Shown here one piece after another: positions 58,344-64,000 of a stretch of 64,000 bases of DNA. The stretch spans positions 105,383-169,382 of the forward strand of contig JBAZSF010000001.1 of the NCBI GenBank assembly GCA_041662525.1, in the 5' to 3' direction. Position numbers and translations under genes: made by a program. The stretch is from Minisyncoccota bacterium (lineage in GTDB: Bacteria > Patescibacteriota > Minisyncoccia > Phycocordibacterales > UBA9973). How positions within the stretch are numbered: the first letter of the stretch is position 1; each line of letters begins with the position of its first letter. The notes under the pieces are model-generated. The model made no database searches, was not told the DNA's origin, and worked only from the letters and a program-made list of their open reading frames with translations.

Positions 58344-59180
58344 ATGAAAATTGGAATTTTTGATTCAGGATTGGGAGGACTTATTATCACTCAAGCTATC
58401 CGTAAAACAATGCCCGAATATGACTATGTATATTTCGGGGATACGAAAAGATTACCTTATGGAAATAAATCACACGAAGCAATATATGAATTCACAGAAA
58501 ACGCTGTGAATTATCTTTTTCGTAAAGAAAATTGCGCTATTGTAATAATCGCTTGTAATACAGCTTCTGCTAGAGCCTTACGAGAATTACAACAGAAATA
58601 TTTACCCGCCTTGAATCGCATTGGGCGAGGCAGGCCGAAAAATTTTAAAGACAGGAAAATACTTGGGGTTTTAATTCCAACCGCTGAAATAGCTTCAAAT
58701 TATAAAAAAGTTGGTATATTAGCAACGTTGGGCACAGTAGCTTCAAACACTTGGGTAGAAGAAATAAAAAAAATAAATAATCAAACAAAAGTTTTCCAAA
58801 ACCCTGCACCAATGCTCGTACCACTTATAGAAGCAGGAGAAAATACAATGACAAAACCATTTCTTTTAAAATATCTAAGACCTTTGAAAAATAAAAAATT
58901 AAATGCGCTAGTTTTAGGATGTACTCACTACCCTATCTTAAAAAATGAAATAAGAAAAATTATTTCTAAAGATATAAAAATAATTTCTCAAGATGAAATA
59001 GTTCCTAAAAAGTTAAAAGAATACATGGAAAGGCATCCAGAAATTACTGATAAGTTATCAAAAAATAAAACTATGAAAATATTAGTTACTGATCAGACAC
59101 AAAATATAAATATAATGGTCAAGAAATGGTTCGGCAAAACCAAAATAAATGTTATTTCAGACTCTTCACTATCTTTGTGA
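58344..59180 (+). CDS. murI: Glutamate racemase
   Basis: FDSGLGGL, PYGNK, IACNTAS, LGCTHYP. Confidence 0.96.
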   Translation: MKIGIFDSGLGGLIITQAIRKTMPEYDYVYFGDTKRLPYGNKSHEAIYEFTENAVNYLFRKENCAIVIIACNTASARALRELQQKYLPALNRIGRGRPKNFKDRKILGVLIPTAEIASNYKKVGILATLGTVASNTWVEEIKKINNQTKVFQNPAPMLVPLIEAGENTMTKPFLLKYLRPLKNKKLNALVLGCTHYPILKNEIRKIISKDIKIISQDEIVPKKLKEYMERHPEITDKLSKNKTMKILVTDQTQNINIMVKKWFGKTKINVISDSSLSL

Positions 59181-60543
59181 ACTTATCTCCTCTGTCATAT
59201 TCATTAGAAAAATATTTTCCAAAAGAAGAAAATGCTGGACTGTATAAAATAGTTTCCCCTTTTTTTGCCACAGAAAATGCTCTTTTGACAGTATTAGAAA
59301 GACCTTCCTCTTCATAAACATCAAGCCCTTTTTTCTTAAATTCAAATACTTTTGCGCGGATAAGATCAGTACCTCTTTCTTTAAACAAAACAACTTTAGA
59401 GCAAAATTTAGGAATTTCAAGAAGCAATTTAGACATATCTAAGAATTTTTTATCACCTCCAATTATTAAAACCACATTGCGTTTCTTTGTATTACCTACT
59501 GCTTGCAACGCTGCAATAGTAGCCTCGGGAGTTGTCGAACTGTTATCATTATAAATTTTTATTCCATTTATGTTACGTAAAAATTCAAGTCTACCTGATA
59601 AAGGAGCAAAGGTTGTTAAAGATTTTTTTATTTTTATATCTGATATAGATAATGCTCTAGCAACTTCGACTGCAAGTTCTGCATTATATTCATTGTGAGC
59701 CCCGGGCAAATTGAATTTCCAACGCTTATTTTTTAATTTGGACAGTCTTTCTTCTGGAACAATTATTTTACTTTTTATCTTTTCTTTATTTTCTTTTTGC
59801 CATTTTTTAATAAAAAATAATGCTTGCTTACCAATAATCAATATGTCTTCTTTTTTTTGATATTTAAAAATATTAGCTTTATCTGAAAAATATTTCTTCA
59901 TCGCTTTGCCTGTGGTGAGCGTAGCCGAACCATAGTAATTCATATGATCTCCAAAAAAAGTGGTAAAAACAGAAATATTGGGAGAAATTTTACCATCACC
60001 AAATCCTTGAAGTTGCCACGAATCTAATTCTAGGACTGCCACTTCTTTATTCTTTACTTGTTTTAATAGTTGAAGATTGGAAACACCTCGCACGTTTCCT
60101 CCTAAAATAACTTTTTTACCAACAAATTCAAGAATATGCGCAATCATATGTGTCACCGAAGATTTTCCACGTGTTCCAGTTACAGCTATTATCGGAACAC
60201 CAGCAAGTTTAGAAAAAAGTGATGCACTCATTTCAATTGGAATTTTATTTTTTACAGCTTCTTTTACATAGATTGAATCAAGTGATACTCCCGCAGCTTT
60301 CAAAATAAAATCACAATTTCTAAAATCTTCTAATCTGTGTTCACCCAAAACATATTCTATATCTTTAAATTTTTTTAATTTATTTAAAGATTCTTTTAAT
60401 TGTTCTTCGGTTTTTAAATCTGTAATAGTTAGTTTCGCTCCACATTCTGCCAAAAACATAGCATCCCCAACCCCTCTTCCAAGCAAACCAAGCCCCATCA
60501 CAGTTACCCTCTTATCTTTAAAAATTTCTTTATAATTAACCAT
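59152..60543 (-). CDS. murD: UDP-MurNAc-L-Ala--D-glutamate ligase
   Basis: VTGTRGKS, GGNV, ELDSWQL, YNDNSST, YSPAFSSF, RGDKF. Confidence 0.93.
   Translation of the reverse strand: MVNYKEIFKDKRVTVMGLGLLGRGVGDAMFLAECGAKLTITDLKTEEQLKESLNKLKKFKDIEYVLGEHRLEDFRNCDFILKAAGVSLDSIYVKEAVKNKIPIEMSASLFSKLAGVPIIAVTGTRGKSSVTHMIAHILEFVGKKVILGGNVRGVSNLQLLKQVKNKEVAVLELDSWQLQGFGDGKISPNISVFTTFFGDHMNYYGSATLTTGKAMKKYFSDKANIFKYQKKEDILIIGKQALFFIKKWQKENKEKIKSKIIVPEERLSKLKNKRWKFNLPGAHNEYNAELAVEVARALSISDIKIKKSLTTFAPLSGRLEFLRNINGIKIYNDNSSTTPEATIAALQAVGNTKKRNVVLIIGGDKKFLDMSKLLLEIPKFCSKVVLFKERGTDLIRAKVFEFKKKGLDVYEEEGLSNTVKRAFSVAKKGETILYSPAFSSFGKYFSNEYDRGDKFTKIVKSLK
59908..59932 (-). repeat. Family A element in murD (GSATLTTG)
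   Basis: Reverse complement tggttcggctacgctcaccacaggc. Confidence 0.8.
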
Positions 60544-60563
60544 AAAACCATACTATCACAAAA

Positions 60564-61811
60564 TCACAAAAAAGCTTTTTGAAATTCTTCCATATCATTA
60601 AAATGATGTTTTATGCCTTTTATTTCTTGATAATCTTCGTGTCCTTTGCCGGCGCAAAGAATTATGTCTCCTTTTTGCGCTATTTTAACTGCTTCTAATA
60701 TCGCTTCATGACGGCTGGTAATAGCTTTTACTTTTTTCAAAACTTCAATAGACAAACCTTCTTTCATTTGATCAATAATTTTATCTGGGTCTTCACTTCG
60801 AGGATTATCTGAAGTAAAGATTGCAAAATCAGAAAAAGTCGCGCCAATATGACCCATGATTTTTCTTTTCATAGGATCTCTATCTCCTCCACAACCAAAA
60901 ACAGAAATTATTTTACTATTTTCTTTTTTTATCTCTTTGATAGCCATCAAGATTTTTTCTAAAGCATCTGGGGTATGAGCATAATCCACAATAACTAAAA
61001 CTCCATTAGAAGACATAAAATGTTCAAAACGTCCACGAGGAGGCTCAATATTTTCTAAAATATTTTTTACTTTGTCCATATCAAAGCCAAGTAATTCACA
61101 AGCGCTCCAGACTGCGAGTAAATTATAAGCATTGAACTTGCCGAGAAGTTTTGAATTAACTTCTATGCCATTAAAATTCAAAACTAATCCTGAAAAATCA
61201 AGCCTAATAATTTCGGCATGAAAATCCTCTCCACCATTAAACCCATAAGACACTCTTCCTGTTTTAATTTCTTCAAGCATTTTTCCACCGTATTCATCAT
61301 CCGTATTAGAAAGCGCGAAAGCATGCAAAGGAAGCATTTTAAAGAATTTCTTTTTCGCTCCAAAATAATTCTCAAAATTTTTATGATAATCCAAGTGATC
61401 ATGTGTAAGATTCGTAAAAATTCCTCCAGTAAAATTTATTCCCGCCACTCGATTTTGATCCAGGGCATGCGAACTCACTTCCATAAAAACATATTCGCAA
61501 CCCTTCTCCATCATTTCATTTAATAATTTATACAGATTTATAGGGTCAGGTGTTGTACCTGGAACTGGTCTACCCTCTTTTGTAAGAACCACTTCTCCAT
61601 TTATTATATTTTCTACAGTGCTTATAAGACCAGCTTTATACCCAAGACCTATCGCAATTTTATAAAGAAGTGTAGCTGTCGTTGTTTTTCCGTTTGTCCC
61701 TGTCACCCCGACAATTTTGATTTTTTTTGATGGATTGCCAAAAAAATGCATCCCAGCCAACAACACGATCCCTCGTCTTTTGAGTTTAAGATTTTTAATT
61801 ATTTTTTGCAT
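60564..61811 (-). CDS. murE: UDP-MurNAc-tripeptide synthetase MurE (lacks N-terminal domain)
   Basis: GTNGKTT, MEVSSH, TNLTHDHLDYH, DYAHTPD, SDNPR (mDAP-type), AGKGHE. Confidence 0.95.
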   Translation of the reverse strand: MQKIIKNLKLKRRGIVLLAGMHFFGNPSKKIKIVGVTGTNGKTTTATLLYKIAIGLGYKAGLISTVENIINGEVVLTKEGRPVPGTTPDPINLYKLLNEMMEKGCEYVFMEVSSHALDQNRVAGINFTGGIFTNLTHDHLDYHKNFENYFGAKKKFFKMLPLHAFALSNTDDEYGGKMLEEIKTGRVSYGFNGGEDFHAEIIRLDFSGLVLNFNGIEVNSKLLGKFNAYNLLAVWSACELLGFDMDKVKNILENIEPPRGRFEHFMSSNGVLVIVDYAHTPDALEKILMAIKEIKKENSKIISVFGCGGDRDPMKRKIMGHIGATFSDFAIFTSDNPRSEDPDKIIDQMKEGLSIEVLKKVKAITSRHEAILEAVKIAQKGDIILCAGKGHEDYQEIKGIKHHFNDMEEFQKAFL

Positions 61812-62043
61812 TGGGCTTTATTAAAATTTCTTGTTCTACTTTTTTAAATCTTTCTATTTCTTTTCCGTCTAAAATAATACTTTCCAAAAACATATGTTTG
61901 GGTCTAACCCAAATACCGCCATCTTCTAAATGCATATAAATAACTAAATGATCTTGAGTCTCGCTATCTTTAGCTTCAAAAAGAACCTTTACCTTAGTCC
62001 CTTTATAATGTTTATAAATTTCTCCGATTTCTAAACTTTTCAT
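61795..62043 (-). CDS. DUF1653 family protein
   Basis: YKHYKG, SET, WVRP..MF, RF. Confidence 0.85.
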   Translation of the reverse strand: MKSLEIGEIYKHYKGTKVKVLFEAKDSETQDHLVIYMHLEDGGIWVRPKHMFLESIILDGKEIERFKKVEQEILIKPNAKNN

Positions 62044-62056
62044 TTTTTTAAATTTT

Positions 62057-62419
62057 CTAAATTAGATTTTCACTTTTTTTATTTTCTCTTGGAAGAATAT
62101 TATAATGTTTATTTATATATAAAAGATCACTCATAACTTTACGGATAGATGTAAGTTGTAATTCTCGCATTTCAGAAGTTACATTTTCATTTTTTATAGT
62201 TTCTTCAAAAAAACGTAAAATACTTGTAAGGGTTGTTGTGTAATCTCCGGCCTCTAAATGAAAAATTAGACTCTTGTGATCAGAGGCTTGCTCTAATTCA
62301 AGAGAGTATACGTTGGCTGACCCATCTTTTATAAGCAAATATTTAGAGAGATTTACACCATGTGATTGATTTTCCATATTTTTTAATTGTATATTAGACC
62401 CTTCGTTTTCTATGTGCAT
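62057..62419 (-). CDS. Hypothetical protein
   Basis: 120-aa ORF in operon orientation; no recognised motif. Confidence 0.55.
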   Translation of the reverse strand: MHIENEGSNIQLKNMENQSHGVNLSKYLLIKDGSANVYSLELEQASDHKSLIFHLEAGDYTTTLTSILRFFEETIKNENVTSEMRELQLTSIRKVMSDLLYINKHYNILPRENKKSENLI

Positions 62420-62442
62420 AACTTTTGTTTAATAAATATATT

Positions 62443-64000
62443 TTAATTCACCAAAGATTTTCTATGCTGAGGTGCGTTGATCATTCCACATTTCTTCCAT
62501 TTATAGCATTCACCTGTAGCTGGATTGATCGCTCCACAAGGACAAGGATCATTTCTTCCAATCCCTGTTCCATTTACAGATAAATCCTTTTCCCCTGCCT
62601 GCGCAGACAGACCTCCAAATTCACCTAGTTCTTCCTGACTAGTAATTAAAGTTTGTTTTGATGTATTTTCTTCTGCTTTTATATTTACAACGTTATCGGT
62701 GTTTATGTTATTTATAAGTGAAAAAACCTGCTCTTTAAAAGCTTCTTCCATTTCTTTAAACATCGCTAAGCCATCTTTTTTGTATTCTACGATAGGTTCA
62801 CGTTGCCCATAAGCTCGCAAATTCACCGATGAACGCAAATAATCCATCGCCTCCAAATGTTCCATCCAAAGCATATCATTTGCGTAAAAAGCAATCCTTC
62901 TAGCAGTTTCAAAAAATGCCTCGTCGCCAAGTTTCGTTCTTTTTTCTTCTAAAATTTTATCGAAACCTTCTCTGGTCACTGATATATTTTTGAGCAAAAC
63001 TTCAATTTCTGTTTTATCTGCTCGTAACATTTTTTGTCTTCTTTCGTAAATTATCTTGCGTTGATGGTTCATCACATCGTCATATTCAAGAGTATTTTTT
63101 CTTGCATCAAAATGGAAACCTTCAATTTTAGCTTGGGCTCCTTCTAAGGTCTTACTAATAAAACGATTTTCTATCGGCTGGTCCTCTGCTATACCGAAAC
63201 GCCCCATCATTGTTTTAATTTTTTCTGAACCGAACACTCGCATTAAATCATCGTCTAGTGAAACATAAAATTGTGTAGCACCCGGATCACCCTGTCTACC
63301 AGCACGTCCCCTTAGCTGGTTATCAATTCTTCTTGCTTCATGTCTCTCTGTCCCTAAAACGAAAAGCCCTCCAACACTTTTTACAAATTCATATTCTTCT
63401 GCAACTTGTGGATTACCTCCGAGTTTAATATCTATTCCGCGTCCAGCCATATTTGTAGCGATAGTCACTGCTCCCCTGCGACCCGCTTGAGCAATTATTT
63501 CACCTTCTTTCTCATGATTCTTTGCATTCAAAATCGTGTGTTGCACACCTTCTTGTTTTAAATACATAGAAAGCAATTCATTTTTCTCGATAGAAATAGT
63601 ACCGATCAGCACAGGCTCTCCTTTTGAATTTAATTCTTTTACTTTTCTGGCAATTGCTTGAAATTTACCTTTTTCTGTTTGAAAAATTAAATCACTATGA
63701 TCCATACGAACAACAGGACTATTTGTAGGAATCACAATAACATCTAGTCCGTAAACTTTTAAAAATTCTTCAGCTGAAGTTGCTGCTGTACCAGTCATAC
63801 CGGAAAGCTTTTTATAAAATCTAAAATAATTTTGAAAAGTAATAGAACCAGATGAGCGAGTTTCTTTTTCAATCTTTACGCCTTCTTTTGCTTCGATTGC
63901 TTGATGAATACCTTCACTCCAACGCCTACCTGGCTGTAGACGTCCAGTAAAAGGGTCCACGATGATGACTTCTCCTTCTTTCACGACATAATCCTTGTCA
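62443..64000 (-). CDS. secA: Preprotein translocase SecA, C-terminal part (gene starts beyond window)
   Basis: IATNMAGRG, RRIDNQLRGRAGRQGDPG, SEC-C-like GRNDPCPCG. Confidence 0.97.
   Translation of the reverse strand, partial: DKDYVVKEGEVIIVDPFTGRLQPGRRWSEGIHQAIEAKEGVKIEKETRSSGSITFQNYFRFYKKLSGMTGTAATSAEEFLKVYGLDVIVIPTNSPVVRMDHSDLIFQTEKGKFQAIARKVKELNSKGEPVLIGTISIEKNELLSMYLKQEGVQHTILNAKNHEKEGEIIAQAGRRGAVTIATNMAGRGIDIKLGGNPQVAEEYEFVKSVGGLFVLGTERHEARRIDNQLRGRAGRQGDPGATQFYVSLDDDLMRVFGSEKIKTMMGRFGIAEDQPIENRFISKTLEGAQAKIEGFHFDARKNTLEYDDVMNHQRKIIYERRQKMLRADKTEIEVLLKNISVTREGFDKILEEKRTKLGDEAFFETARRIAFYANDMLWMEHLEAMDYLRSSVNLRAYGQREPIVEYKKDGLAMFKEMEEAFKEQVFSLINNINTDNVVNIKAEENTSKQTLITSQEELGEFGGLSAQAGEKDLSVNGTGIGRNDPCPCGAINPATGECYKWKKCGMINAPQHRKSLVN
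62594..62610. repeat. Family B palindrome in secA tail (LSAQAG)
   Basis: cctgcctgcgcagacag. Confidence 0.7.

Noticed and set aside
42183-59180. Alternative genetic code (UGA=Gly as in Gracilibacteria/Absconditabacteria)
   Set aside because: infB and murI end in TGA at the expected positions, and conserved genes are full length under code 11.

Overview
AT-rich chromosomal segment of a small-genome bacterium. Gene content and style point to Patescibacteria/CPR, Parcubacteria, Nomurabacteria-like (inference); TGA is used as a stop, so the code is standard code 11. The window is mostly housekeeping: dnaB end, recR, rplU, cysS, an interrupted grpE/dnaK/dnaJ region, infA-rpmJ-rpsMKD-rpoA-rplQ-rplM-rpsI, alaS, mnmA, mltG, typA, clpB, an iscS-like gene, infB-rbfA, five tRNAs, gyrA, rpsA, murC/I/D/E and the end of secA. 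It also carries CPR-typical genes: two VirB4/TraG-like ATPases, five VirB2/TrbC-like pilin genes, three ~560-580 aa Cys-rich paralogues and a PaaX/Cas2-like regulator. The strongest unexplained signal is non-genic. Several families of short palindromic elements, some with compensatory base changes, sit in frame inside conserved genes (recR, mnmA x4, typA x2, murD, murI, iscS x2, clpB, secA, a histidine kinase) and in intergenic or tRNA-trailer positions. There are also two dispersed 45-64 nt upstream motifs and a leaderless promoter architecture (TGnTAnnnT-N6/7-ATG). No transposase, integrase, CRISPR array or rRNA was seen. Family assignments come from recognising motifs by eye; no database search was run.
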